Assembly: GCA_973895155.1 (NCBI GenBank)
Contig: OZ316896.1
Coordinates: 18,836,754 to 18,900,753 of the forward strand
DNA length: 64,000 nucleotides
DNA from: Marsupella aquatica
Lineage: Eukaryota; Plantae; Marchantiophyta
Direction: 5' to 3'
This document shows, piece by piece, positions 50,211 through 63,441 of this stretch. The position numbers and the translations under genes are program-made. Below the pieces are notes generated by a model. That model saw nothing but the letters and a program-made list of their open reading frames with translations. It did no database searches and had not been told where the DNA came from. How positions within the stretch are numbered: the stretch's first letter is position 1; every line of letters begins with the position of its first letter.

Positions 50211-50618
50211 TTCTAAGTTTCTCTAACTGCATGGAGTTTCTAAAAGATTTTATGGAGAAAAACATGGGGAACCGACCACTTGAGGGATTTCCTAATAGTT
50301 GAATAAGCAATGACGAGCTGAGCTGTAGACGAATGAATATAATGCTCATCTCACACCGTAGATGTCAGGTGCACAATAGAAGAACATAGGCTCACAGTAA
50401 GTCTCAAGCCCCCCAAATCCCTGTGCCTAGAGTTCCGCACTTCTGGTGGGGAGAAAGCTGAGCTCATCAAAAACTGAGTTCATACAGCAGTGTTGGAAGA
50501 ATGTGGATTACCACCGTGAAACAAAGAACGCAGACTCTAGCAGAGCAGGGGAAATAATCATGCCTAATGCCTTCTCGCTTCCAGCTTCCAGCTTCCAGAC
50601 AAAAGACGACGACCACCA

Positions 50619-51473
50619 CTAATCCTCTTTTTTGCTCTCCTTGCCCTTTCCGGTGGCTGCTTTGCGTTTGCCGTACTGCTGTCTATGGAAGTTGAGAAAC
50701 AACGCGAGCAAAATGACATTGAAAACCGCGTTGAAGACCCAAGCTCCCATGCCCGCGCAGCCTTCCCCTGTAGTGAAGTGGAACCAAAGGGTTCCGATGG
50801 AAGCAATGAAGCTAAAGACGAACTGTATAATTTGAGAATTCGTGACAACCTTTTTCCAAGGTGGTGGCTTTCCGATGCTACATAAAAAGTAATACGTGTA
50901 CATTAGAACGTGCTCTCCAGTGTTGGTCACGAGCGCCACAATCTGGAGAGACATTGCGAATTCCAGCCAAAAGAAGGACATGAAGATCACCGTGGCGTGG
51001 TGGAAGACATGGAGGAAAGTCAGTTGCCTCTTTTTCAAGATAAGTATGAAGGTGTCCACCAGTTCATAATACTTGCTGAGGTAGTACATGTAGGACCAGA
51101 AGAACACCCGTCCAACAGGGCGAGTCCCTGGCGGAAAACACAGAAGTAACATCCGTCCGCTTTTGGGGCCCCATAGCCACCGACTCTCCTGAATCTCCAC
51201 AAGCGTAGATTGCAAGCATCCAGCGAACATGACCAACGACCCCACTGCGAGCACCAAATTGTGCAGTGCTGGGATTGGCCCCAGTGGCATAGGGCTCTTT
51301 TTGAACCTCATCAGAAAGTGGAAAACATAAACGAAAACGAGATAGGCGAGCACGCAATTGATCATAAAATCGTAGGACGCTCCTGGTCTCTCACCGCGCT
51401 GCCATCGAAATGCAAGCACCTTCGGATGGTATGCTAACCACCACCTCAAGGTGCTCCCAAACACCGCAGCCAT
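50619..51473 (-). CDS. GNS1/SUR4 (ELO) family fatty-acid elongase, ELO3/HOS3-like, 284 aa
   Basis: Motifs YYLSKYYELVDT, FLHVFHH (histidine box), HVLMYTYY and QIIQF, multiple TM segments, and a C-terminal KKED (KKxx ER-retrieval motif). Confidence 0.93.
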   Translation of the reverse strand: MAAVFGSTLRWWLAYHPKVLAFRWQRGERPGASYDFMINCVLAYLVFVYVFHFLMRFKKSPMPLGPIPALHNLVLAVGSLVMFAGCLQSTLVEIQESRWLWGPKSGRMLLLCFPPGTRPVGRVFFWSYMYYLSKYYELVDTFILILKKRQLTFLHVFHHATVIFMSFFWLEFAMSLQIVALVTNTGEHVLMYTYYFLCSIGKPPPWKKVVTNSQIIQFVFSFIASIGTLWFHFTTGEGCAGMGAWVFNAVFNVILLALFLNFHRQQYGKRKAATGKGKESKKED

Positions 51474-52537
51474 AGTACCTCCTCCCTCCCTTCAAGAAAA
51501 TAGCATGATCAGGGCTCCCCTTCTCCTCCTGCCCCTCCTCAAGACCCAAATATCACCGCCAAGAAAACCGTTGAAATAATTAAATCTATCTCCCAGGTCA
51601 CACTCCCCCCAGGTGGATGCACCTCAGACGAGAATTCCTGCGTCAATCTCCTCAGCACAATCTTTGATTACATGATCAGATATACTCCTCCTCTGCCAGA
51701 TCTTCAAACAAATCAGTCACAAAAAGCACTCCCCCCAAAATTAATTCACAGTCCCTCCTCCATCAGAATTAGCTCGAAGGAAATTCCTGCAGCATCCCCT
51801 CCTCTTCTCCTCTTCTCCTCTTCTTCTCCACATCAAACAGCACCGTCGAGCCCACAAGATGCAATCAGTTGTCAGATACTCCCCCCAGATTCAAATCACA
51901 CACCTCACATGTCTACACTATAAACTGCCGCAAGCGATCCACTGTATTTCATCAGTCTCTTGTCTGTCTGGAATTGTCCAAAGAGGGAGAGTGACGTGGA
52001 TAGCTTTCGAAGGCATGCTCGCTTCCTCTCTCTCTCTCTCTCTCTCTCGCTCTCGCTTCTTGCCTCGAACGTGGGGAAAAGCGTCCAGAAAGGAGCAAAA
52101 AGCTACGTAAGGCCGAGGAAAGGAAACGCAGAAGGAAGGAGGTGGGGGAGCCTCGATCGATGGTGGTGGGGTACGGAGGAAGGCCGCCCTGGAGCTCGCT
52201 CATTTGCTCGAGGCGGGTAGGTCGACTCTCTGGAGCTCATCACCGGATCACCCAGCCCCCGCTGACTCTTGCCTCTTCCGACAGAAGCTACTCAGCACCC
52301 AATCGTTAAGAGGAAAATTCAGCTCTCAGCAAAATCTTAGACGACTCCCTTCCACTTTCTTCGCTTCCCCTCTAGTCATCTAGTGGAGTGGAGTGGAGTG
52401 GCGTGGAGTGAGTGAGAAGTGGACCGATTGACTGACAGACCGACTCGCACTGAAGAGTGCCTCCCTCAGATTCGACCGTAAAACGAAGAGGAAGAAAAAC
52501 GCGGCACGAGACGAGACGAGACGAGCCTCGGAGTGGA

Positions 52538-52547
52538 CTATTTATAC
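52538..52547 (-). promoter_or_regulatory. Putative TATA box of the elongase gene
   Basis: TATAAATA on the minus strand, upstream of pyrimidine-rich and microsatellite 5'UTR-like sequence, about 1.07 kb from the ATG. Confidence 0.4.
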
Positions 52548-52728
52548 GAAAGCTTCATATCAAGAGAAAAACAAAACCCACAAAAACGACGCCGGCACGT
52601 TTGACATCTCGGACTGGTCGTTTTTTGGTGGCGAGAATTCGTCAAATTACACCTCCTACCTGAATCCTTGGCCACCTTTTGTGGGTGTCATAAATGGGGA
52701 GTCTCAAACCTCCAGGCCCCCAGAAAAA

Positions 52729-53262
52729 CCTGTCCCATAAGTATCAGTTTTGGTCTCCGGTCACTAATGTACTAACAAGGATTTTCATGTCAGCCATTTT
52801 AGTTTTTGGGCCCTTGACCGTAACTGGAGGCAAAACGGACAAGTTTGAGAAGCCCTTGTAGGGCCTGTCCCCAAAATACCAGTTTTGGTCTGCGGTCACT
52901 AGTGTACAAATAAGGATTTTCATGTCTGCAACTTTAGATTTGGGTGATGCCCTTGACCGCAACCGGAGGCAAACAGACAAGTTTGAGATGCCCTTGTAGG
53001 GCCTCTTGAGGTTTCATATTTGTGGGTGTCGGATTTTGGCCATAACTAATGAAATGACCCCAAATTTTTTCCTAAGGTTTGTAATTTTTCAACTTCTATG
53101 TCCCATTTCCCCACATTATTCTATTGATATCATATTCAATTTGTAAACAGTCCATAAGACCCAACATTGGGCCAGACATTTGTCATTCACAAAAGCTTTG
53201 TTGTCGCTAAACAGTCCATAATACCCAACCAACATTGGGCCAAACATTTGTCATTCACAATA
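52729..53262. repeat. ~135-bp and ~65-bp tandem duplications
   Basis: CCTGTCCC...CAGTTTTGGTCT...GCCCTTGTAGGGCCT occurs twice, and TAAACAGTCCATAA...TTTGTCATTCACAA occurs twice. Confidence 0.85.
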
Positions 53263-55362
53263 GTTTTAGTGGCTCTTATATAAATCAATGGCATCGACCA
53301 AATGAAATATGTTATCTATAAATTAGATTACCTAGACGTACCCCCTAAGTTTTGTACCAACCAATAACTGGCCAAGTGCAGGGCTATTATTGGTCGCTTT
53401 ACTTAGAGACTGACCGGAATGGTCTTGGAATTGAAGGGGGAGAGGGGAGTTAGAAAATTGATTACGGGTATACTGTAGTTAGAGACTCTTGTAATTCTAA
53501 AAATTCAGGGAAAAATCCACATCATCTCATAAATTCTTAACCATTGGATCTAGGTAATTGGACCATCTAGATTCTTTTCATGTGTGAGCACTTGTGTGAA
53601 GGTTAGGTGAGACAAAAGTGTCACTTCAATTATCAGTTATTGGATGTTTCTGATTGGAGCATCTAGATACTTTGCATGTGGGAACACATGTGCGACAAAA
53701 ATGAGAACTAATGATTGCATTAGATAATGTGCATGCATTCATGTCATGCCAAAATATATGCATGTATATTTCTCTCCCATTTTTCTTAACCATATCATGC
53801 CAAAGTGAATGAATGTACAATTAACTTTCCCCTCATTCCACGCCTCCACATCTATTCTCCACCAAATCATCATCAACCACTACAGTACAAGATCATCCCC
53901 CCCCAAAAAAAAAATCTCCCTTTTTTCTTTAAGTTTTGTCCTTTATAAAATGAGTCAATTGTAGCCCTTCATCAAAAAATAAACTTTTTTGGTGCCATCA
54001 GATCCACCTAGACACTCCTCCCACCTTCATGATGATTGGATATTATGCACAACTACCTCAATCACCCATTTACAATGTTATATAATCAACCATTTAAGGG
54101 CTCTAAAAAACATTTGAAGTTTTGGATGATTGGACAGTATTTGACAATATTTAAGAAGTTTTGGCTGATGGGTATTGAGCTAGTTTTGCATAATATCCAA
54201 TCACCCAAAACTTCAAATATTTTTGTAGAGCCCTTACTGGTTAATTATAGGGATTGTAAAACATTGTAAAACAAAAACCTCAACTAAGATTTCCCGCCGA
54301 GTCCTTGCAACACTTAATTGTTCCCATTTCTTAATAAAAATGGGGAATGAAGTAAAATAGTGTTGAACTTGATGGCAAGCTCAAAAATGCCAAGATGAGT
54401 GAGAGAAAAAAAAGGGAAATAAAAAAAGAAAAACTACTATTATTGATTTGAGAATTTCATCTCAACTTGAACTATTGAAAATTGCACAATCTAAATATAT
54501 ACTTTGCCAGTTTTCTTGTCATCTTCTTCCATTGTTAATTAAGGAAACTAGCTATAGTTAGCTTGAAATATTTTGAATGTCTTGAACATCTAACCTGGTT
54601 TTTCCATTGGATTGTCGTCCATGTCCTGTCCATGTCCTCTACTGTAAGTGCAACACCCTTTTCAACCCTTGACAGTGGATTGGGTCTCTTACTTTGCTCC
54701 CATTCCGCCCCTCCTGATTTGAATCCTGGTTGGCTGGCCCACTCCCTGTTCGCTGGTCAAGGGAGGGAGAGCATATTGGTTAAGTTGAGGATGGTGATGA
54801 ACATCCCATTATAAGAAACAACATGTTCACCATTGGATGATTCCAAACTAGCCAGCCTTTGCTTAATCAAGGATGGAAAATGGTTGGAATGTCATAATTT
54901 AACACAAAATAGTGACAAAGTATCAAATTCTATCCTTTTGGTGTCCCCTCAAGCTTGCATTTGACCTAAGGCTGTAGTACACAACAAGAGCATACAAGAA
55001 CCTTCAAATCAGGTTGGACTTATTCAGAGTATTTGTAGTAGTGCAATCCATGCACTGACTTTTAAATTTTTGTTGAAGAAGATTAGGGTTGTTTTAATCC
55101 AGTTTTGAAAATTCTAAGAATCATAGGGTTTTTTAAAACCAAATGATTGAGTTAGGGGTAAAAAATTCTTCAAAAAAATTTATTGACTTAAGTTTTAGGG
55201 TGTTTATTCCCCCAAAACTTTGCGCATGATATGGACACCCCTTGGATTGAGGCCCCTAAAATCAAGAATTAAAAATAAGGCAAAGATAGCCAACATTTGA
55301 TAAGTTTGTCGCAAAAGATATAATTTGATGCCTTCTAAGCTAATTTGACCTAGGCAGATCCT

Positions 55363-55565
55363 GGGGGTCACTATATGAAGGGTCATACATCACGTGCGAC
55401 GGTTTGGGTCATTTATGACCCCCCTAAGTCACTTTTTAGAAAGTTGTACGACACCAATCATGTGATGACATGTATGCATTTTGCAATTAAACAACTATAG
55501 GTATAACTTATTTTCCCTATACTTCGTCGCACATGATATGCCACTTCCATGGAAGTGACCCCCCC
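55363..55565. mobile_element. MITE-like element with ~40-bp imperfect TIRs
   Basis: GGGGGTCACTATATGAAG...CATCACGTGCGACG pairs with CGTCGCACATGATATG...CATGGAAGTGACCCCC. No clear TSD. Confidence 0.55.
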
Positions 55566-57779
55566 GAGGGCAGATCCAACCTGAGCCGACCTCACCTAAG
55601 CTGATCTGACCTACGCCGTTCATTATGCAAGTGCTTGCGCTCTTGTTTGTTTGCGTTTGAGTGGTCTTTTCCCTCTTTTCCCCTCTATTCTAGAACCATA
55701 TTTCCCAAGAAAAAACAAAAAACAATATATTCATCAATGTGTCATGGAAAAATTAGTAAAAAATTAAACCCAATAAATCTTTCCATGATATGTGAAGGGT
55801 TGTGAAGTGAACATTTGTGATTCTTCACTCAACCAATAATATTTTTATTGTCGTTTTGCGTATTAATGGACCCTGGGATGGACATCCTTATTGTTAGTTA
55901 TGTTGAGATACAATTGGCCCACCATGTTGTCACATTAAACTAGTGTACAATATACAATCTATCTTGACATAGAGATGTTTGGTTCGCCCAGTTTAGGGTG
56001 CGTCTATAACCGAAAGAAAAAAGTTTGGAAGAACCGATTGTGGCACTTCAATATCCACAGATTTTTTAGCTAAATGACAATTGGCACACACAATATGTCC
56101 TGTTGCTTCCCTAGGAATCACTATACACTAACACCATACATTGGCTACGGTAGTCACAAACTGCGCTCCATGACACAATATTCTTCTCTCGCTCCGGTCT
56201 CCAACTCTTGACCATTGATCTCTAGTGTGGAGCACAATAAAGTGTTCCTCCAAGGTATAGGCCTTCTAAACTAGTCTAACCTAAGCAGCACTTAACCATG
56301 ATTAAGTTGTGCTCCAGTTAACCCCATGTAACCACTTGCTAGAGTTATGTATCAACAAGTTGTTAATTTGCTGCTCTCAACAATGTTGTAATGGATGGAG
56401 CAATTGTAAAAAAGAACACACATGCACCCAATCCTCCCCAGGTAACCCTAAACCTACCCCCCTTTCCCTTTACCACATCAAACAACTTTCCTAATTTTTT
56501 TGGCACCAAACAAATTTTGCCTTTTGATAGAGTCCAATTGATAAAAACATGGTTTTTTGGCAACAAACAAATTTTGCCTTTTGGTAGAGTCCAATTAATA
56601 GAGAAATGGTCGGAAAATTAAAGCTCAATGTTACTAACAGATCCCAACTAGACCCACATACTGGTTGGCATTTGTTTTTCCTTCCGTTGATTTTTTGTAA
56701 TTGTTTTTCATCCGAGTAAATAAGAAATCAGAAAACGGAGAGGTACAGCAGTCAGTAAATATAGATTACACGATACAGCAGCCTCGGAAAAATCTCCGTA
56801 AGCACACCATAAGCTTTGGTGTAAAGTACTCGGCGGAACCGAAGTACTCATTTCACACAGAGTCCGATGGCATAATTATGGACGAAAATATTTTAAAGTA
56901 GATCATATTCTTAAAAAAACTCGCCCAAAAACATTTTGAGTACAGGAAGGTCATGGGAAGTGAATGGTTAAACCTGGGGTAGGTCTCACGGAACCGTATC
57001 GGGTTAGTGGCTGGTTAGTGGCTGGTTAGTGGTAGCTTGAAACACCGCCATCCGATTGGGTCCGAAAGACCATGCTTTCTTAGATGAAATCTGAGTCGTC
57101 TGTGGTGAAGATCCACGGCACTGGACTCGTCTGTCAGATTTCGCTTTCGTCGCGACATGCGCTCTTTCCCCTGCACCGACGATTTTTACATTCTTACTTT
57201 GGTGCACTTTTACTGATGTGAAACGGAATAGAGCAGAAGCCGTACGAGACACGGAAGAGTGAACCTGATAAGGGGCTATTGATTTAAACTAAGAAAATAC
57301 TAAATTATGTCGTCCAAAACAGAGCAAGAACGTGAAAAAAACGTATATTAAAACAACTACAGTCCACGAATGAAAAATAAATAAATTATGAAGCCCAAAA
57401 ATAGAATAAGAAAGTATATAAAAACAAAGTACCAACACAAATGAACGAATATTAGTTGGCCATCTTCATCTCAAAAATTTCATAATTATCGTTTATTTTA
57501 GTTTACCTATGCGTTCTTGAATTGAGGTAGTAGAATCTGGAATAGTCTTTTTCTTAAGACCTACTGTACATGACTCGCATTTGACTGAGAGTGTTAATAA
57601 ATCTCCCCATGCCTGTAGAACATTGTCCTTAGTAACTGATGCTGAGGCAAAGCATGGTCAAGTGTAAGTGAGAGCAGTCAGAAATGAGGGGACTCAGCAA
57701 GTCAGCTTGGGGTATGGATTTCAAGGAGTGTGCAAACCGCAAGGAAAATAAAGGGGTGGGGCCACCATAATCCAACAGC

Positions 57780-58580
57780 CAGAGAATTTACCAACACTGT
57801 ATTTTCTATGCAGGCCATGATTGATGAAGAAAGAGCAAAATTAGACATTAGAATGTTCAGATTATTTTTAAGAGTTTTCTGGTTTATGTAAACCATTAGA
57901 ATGTGAATATTAAGCAAACCAATGCTGATAGTTAGTGGCTAGATGTACACTCTATGCTACAACTTGACTACACTCAGTGTAAGTAAAGTGGGCAACACTG
58001 ACGAAAAACTGAAAATTGTAAAAAAAAACTGAGGCTCAGTCCCATGATCATTGCTACTCCGAAAATCTCTAACTTCCAAGTTTTAAACTCTTCAAGGGTA
58101 GAAGATGGGTGGAGGTTCCCTCTCTCATAATATGCCAAGATCAGGGCTGGCTCTTTCCCTAGATTTGCATCTTTTGGACAAAGTGAGACCCACATTGCTA
58201 AAGGGATGCTTCTCACATTTCGTTATCGGCTTATATTCAGGCCAGGAGGGCCTCACATTTACAAGTACAGTATGGTGACAATACACCACAAGATCCATTA
58301 GACTCCCTCAAAGATTCAAGTTGAATTCACCAGATTCTAGAATATTTACACTCATGGGTAGCTTATTCCAAAATTCTTGGAAACACATGCAGCTGTATTT
58401 ACATCTATTATATGGAATCCTGCCAAAAGAAGTCATCGTGTGCTTCGAAACTAGCTTTTGGTGGGAACGCATGACCACCTTTAGATTTATTCTATCACTT
58501 TTGGGAATCCTAACCTTATCTAAAAATGAGTCAACCTATAAATTCAGGTCAATGTGCACAGATATATTTAAGGAATTCTA
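57780..58580 (+). mobile_element. Possible highly degraded LINE ORF2 (post-RT) fragment
   Basis: Fragmentary peptides (LPTLYF..., ...LDLHLL..., LMGSLFQNSWK...WNP...SFWW) are reminiscent of L1 ORF2, with many stops. Confidence 0.3.
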
Positions 58581-58585
58581 TATAA

Positions 58586-59420
58586 CTAGCCCTATGCCCG
58601 TGCGTTGCACGAAAGATGTCAAGGTGATAAAAGATGTTGAGGTGATAAAAAGATGTTGAATGATAAAAAAATGTTGAGGTGATAAAAAGATGTCGCGTGA
58701 TAAGTCATCTCGAAGTGATAAAAAGATGTCGAGGTGATAAAAAGATGTCGAGGTGATAAGTGGATGTCGAAGTGATAAAAAGATGTCGAGTGATAAAAAT
58801 ATGTTGAGGTGATAAAAAGATGTCGAGTGATAAGCGAATGTCGAAGTGATAAAAAGATGTCGAGCTGATAAAAGGGTGTCAAGTGATAAAAAGGTGTTGA
58901 GTGATAAGCAGATGTCGAAGTGATAAAAAGATGTTGAGGTGATAAAAGGATGTCGAGTGATAAAAAGATGTTCAACAAAGAAGAAAATGTTGAGATGAGC
59001 AAAAGATGTTTAAGTGAGGCACAAATGTCAACATGATAATGGGATATGGCAAACATCATGAAGATGAAGATTTCAAGGAGAGAAAACTATGCCAAGGTGA
59101 ACAAAAGATGCCACTGTGAGCAAAAAATGTCAAGGCAAAAGAAGACAAAAATGTCGAGGCATGTTTAAATGTACATTGCATTGAGGCAAAGATTTGGGGT
59201 GATGTGAACATTTTGACTCGAGGCAAAGAAATGCAAAAAGATGCAAGTGAGTCAAAGAAATGTAGATAATGCAAATTAATGTAAGCAAGGCAAGAAAGTT
59301 GTTTAAACATCTCATATGTTGTTACGACCATCTCGTCATTATGATGATGCAGTCACTTTGGCCATGAGGGTGTTGTGGCTATGTTGGTCTTGCGGCCATG
59401 TTGTTGCCAAGCCCAATGCC
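58586..59420 (-). mobile_element. Non-autonomous Helitron-like element with internal ~19-21-bp minisatellite
   Basis: On the minus strand it ends CGTGCAACGCACG-GGCATAGGG-CTAG|T (hairpin + CTAG). About 18 copies of GATGTCGAGGTGATAAAAA lie at 58612-58975. The 5' boundary is approximate. Confidence 0.75.
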
Positions 59421-60859
59421 AACGCATTGCAAAGATACATTTAGGTAAGGTAAAGAACTATTGATTAAAAGCTGAGGTTTTTAGGTTGATCAAACTAAAA
59501 TATTGGATTTCCATAATTCTTTCTTGCCCATTTCATGTGAAAAGTGTTGTCAATGCAGAGACCTTGTTCAAAATAGCACATTAAATTATGTAATCAAGTA
59601 ATGTAATTCAAGTCAACACAAAAATATGGGATAAGGTGCAAATGGGTAATGAGAGTACATGGGCAAGAGTTGGGCAAGAAATCCTTATTGTTAATGATAC
59701 AAAAGATGGAACAAAAGACTGGACAAAAGATGCAAATGGGGGCAAAGAGTTGGGCTCCAGACTTGGAAAAGAATTAGGGCAAAAGCGAGACTAATAGAGA
59801 TGAGGGGGCATGTCAAGCATACATGTCTTGTGGAGAAAAGATGTTGGGAGCTTGATCTTCTTGGTCTTCATTAAAGATGCATTTTTTGAAAAGATTTCCA
59901 ATGAGAATGTTGGAGGTATAGATGGAATAACAAATTTGGGACCGATTTTGTATAAAACATAAAACAAAAAATAAAAATATAATCAAAACATGTAAAAAAC
60001 AGTTGACTTTGCTTTTGCATTTTTATTTTATTTTGGAAGAAGATGTTGTCTTGTTGTGAAAACTATATTGTTGGGGAGAGCAAGGATGTGGGAGGGTGAG
60101 AGTGAGTGCAAGAGAGATGATGGCCCCGGGTGCTTTGATACTATTGGGAGGGGAATATTTTATTTTTTTCTCTCCCCTTTTTTCCTATTTTCACACTCCT
60201 ATGCAACACCATCACTCCCTTTTTTCTTACACTGGCACCATTAAATAAACAGAAAAATATACAACTAAATACATAGAAGAAAAAGAAGGAGAAAATTAAC
60301 CCATTCTCCTTCCTTCTAGAGTCTCATAGGCTCTGCAAAAATCCAAAATTTTTCATGCCCCAAAAGATTCTTCTTCCATTCGTGTGTACTTTCATTCTTG
60401 AAAAAAGAAAACACATTTAAGATGATGTCACATAAGTATCTTCTCATATAAGATGTCAGATCAGTATCATCTCTTATACTTTGTATTTTACTATTAAAAT
60501 GAGCATATCATTTGACATACCTGGTCAATCAATCCAAGGGTACAAAAAAATCTTTGAAAGAATCTGACTGCTCAGGTTTGTTCCCTCCATTTCTGAATTT
60601 GTAAGCAGACGAAAGAGCTTTTTGGCGGCATTGCATATTATAGAAGTAGATGTAAATGAGTACATATGTAAAGCAGGGCGCAACCTACATTCAATCATTT
60701 TTTAGAAGGGTTTTACTTCTTTCCATTTTGATTGTTAGATGGGTTTTTTGTGCCCCATCTTTTTCCGAAAATAAATAAATTTAAAACTTATAATTTTTGT
60801 GAGATTGGGAGATACTTTTTTGAGAGTTTGTGGATGCTCCCAACAACAATCATGCAACA

Positions 60860-61952
60860 CTGACACTGGCATTGACTGCATGGTTGTAATTAACGACATC
60901 TTGACCACGACTACCACATGGCTACATCAATTGCATCTATGGCTGCAGAGACTGCAAGGGCACAATGACACATAGAATGTCTCAACAACATCCTTGCTGC
61001 ATGTGCATTTCTTTGCTTTGCCTCAATAGCTTTTGTGCGACACATTTTGTCTTCATTGTGATAACTTACTTATATTCTTAAGCTCATTTAGGCACACTCA
61101 GCTTGCACACCATACAATAGAGCCACAATGACAATGAATATGGCCAGAACCATCGTATGGCTGGGATTACGCCTAACATGTCTCAACAACTGCCTCACCT
61201 TGTATGCATTTCCTTGCCGCCCCTCAACATTTTGGCTCCTCTATCATCTTTTTTTGCCTCAACATCTTTGACTCCCATTGACATATTTGTCTTACCTTGA
61301 CATCTTTTCTTCACCTCAACGTTTATGTCTCAATTTGAACATTTTCTGTGCAATGACCATAGATTAGGCTAAACTAAGGCCAACTTCAGAACATGTAGGG
61401 TTGCAACTTTCAAAACTTATGTTTAGTCATAGCAAGTTGTATGTAACATTCTCAAGAGCAACACCTCCTACAAGTCTTAAAGTTTTACTTTCGGATTACA
61501 AGAAGGGTGATGCAAGGTTTACCAAGAAATGTTGTATATGATGAGGTTTTGTATTGAAAAGAGAATCAATCAATCTCTTTAACATACTTATATTTGTATT
61601 TAAGTATCTTATACATTTTATCTTCATCATCTTTGCCATGACATCTTCTTTCACCTTGACAGCTTTGCCTCATCTTGACATGTTTTTTAAATCTGGGTGT
61701 CTTTTCTCTCTTTGACATATTTCCCTCACACCCATCCTCACCTTGACATATATCTATTTTTCACTTGGATTTTTTTCTTTTCTTTTGGATATTTTTTGGT
61801 CACCTTCACATCTTTTCTCTTCTCGACATCTTTTGCTCACCTTGACATCTTTCCTCTACTCAACATCTTTTCCTCTCCTCAATACCTTTTCTCTCCTTGA
61901 CATTTTTTCCTCACCTTCACAACTTTCATGCAATGCACGGGCATTGGACTAG
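60860..61952 (+). mobile_element. Helitron-like copies of the same family (one degraded end ~61370, one clear end at 61952)
   Basis: CATGCAATGCACGGGCATTGGACTAG|T at 61927-61952, preceded by CACCTTGACATCTTT-type repeats. A similar but degraded end lies at ~61345-61372. Confidence 0.6.
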
Positions 61953-62363
61953 TTGGTTATAAACAAGAATGGTTAGTTATGCAAGGACACATGATTAATT
62001 GTTTGTGAGGCAAGGCAAAGAAAAACAGTTAGACCAGTGAATGTAAGAACAATGGAAAATTGAAAAGTAAACAATGAAAAAGGTGAAAATGGGGTGCAAC
62101 AATCTCACATTCTGATGGGTTCTCGGGGGTTTCACTTCCACAAATATGGCACATCATGTGCCGCGAAACATAGGGTCGTTTGATTGGTTCTAAGGGAAGA
62201 CTTAAGAATTTTCTCAGAAGAACAATATGGTCTTTTAAATTCAATTTTGAAACTTAGAAGATTATTAGGGTTTTGTAATCAAAATTGGAATATACCAAAG
62301 CGAGATAGCAAGAATATTCAAACTTTATAGGGTTTAAAAATTAATATTTTTTCTTACATTTTA

Positions 62364-62919
62364 GGGGGTCTGAGGCCTTAAAACATTGCAGGTGATGGGG
62401 AGACCTCCATATAGTGAGACCCCTGAGGATGGGGTGAGATTGACATATCACTATTTTCTGCTAAATTTTAAAGAATTTCCATTAATTTAATTGGCAAAAA
62501 TGGGTAGAAAGAAACACTTCAGCTACTGTAACATTTACCAACTAAGGTAAAGTAAGGTTAGTTTTGGCTACTATGGACAGAAGACTAACAAGATAATGTA
62601 ACTTCCATTGTTGGAGAAATTTGCTTGGTGGGACCTTGCTTGAAAGTTGCCGACTTAACCAATCCCCAAAAGTCCAAAATGACTCTGTGGGGGCCTCAAA
62701 CCTATGTTGGAGCGGGTTTAGTAAGAAATTAACTCCTCCCCCCCACAACGCAGCATCAAGCAACGACTCTGCTCCCAGCGCGCAGTCCACTTGGTGCTGA
62801 CTTCTCTTCCCATTACAAGTCAACGGCTTCTCTCTCCAGCACGCACCTAAATCACTCTCGGGGGCCTCAGTATATAGAGACCCCCATATCACGCTCGACG
62901 TTTTGGACCCTTGCACCCC
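62364..62919. mobile_element. Old MITE-like element with degenerate ~65-bp TIRs
   Basis: Left end GGGGGTCTGAGGCCTTAAAAC...ATATAGTGAGACCCCTGAG resembles the reverse complement of the right end GGGGTGCAAGGGTCCAAAAC...ATATACTGAGGCCCCCGAG. Flanks are TTA and TAA. Confidence 0.5.
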
Positions 62920-63441
62920 TAACTTATTAAGTAAAATTTTTATTTCCCCTTCCCTATCATACTTAGAAGAATTCCAAATCCTAACATTTTGACCCCTAAA
63001 AATAGTTAAGTAAAGTTTTGTTGTGAATTAAACACCCCTTAGTAAGAAAAGAAAAGTTCATTCAAATGCGCACCTTATCTGGGTCTTTGTCAAGCTTATT
63101 TGAACCCTAATGTGCTCCTTAGGCATCCATATCTCAAGGAAAACTGATAGTATATAGTGTTGATGCTTCCACTAAGAATACCAATTCTAGTAGAAGCTTC
63201 AGCAATATACAGTATGAGTTATTCATATTGCAATCTGTTGTGCTTGTCTGATGTGAAAGGTAGGTATACCAAAAAGGAATTGAGTCAAGAATCTGAATGG
63301 TGAGTGTCCGTGGCAGAGGGGAATTGAACCCCTGATTGAGCAAGAAGCTCAAGTATCCAAATCTGCCACCCCCTAGCCTATCCCCCTAACCTATCCCCTA
63401 TACATACTAAAACCACTACCATGACTATTGATGCATGAAAA

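Noticed and set aside
57002-57033. Interstitial telomere repeat
   Set aside because: The unit is GGTTAGTGGCT x3, not TTTAGGG; it is a simple minisatellite.
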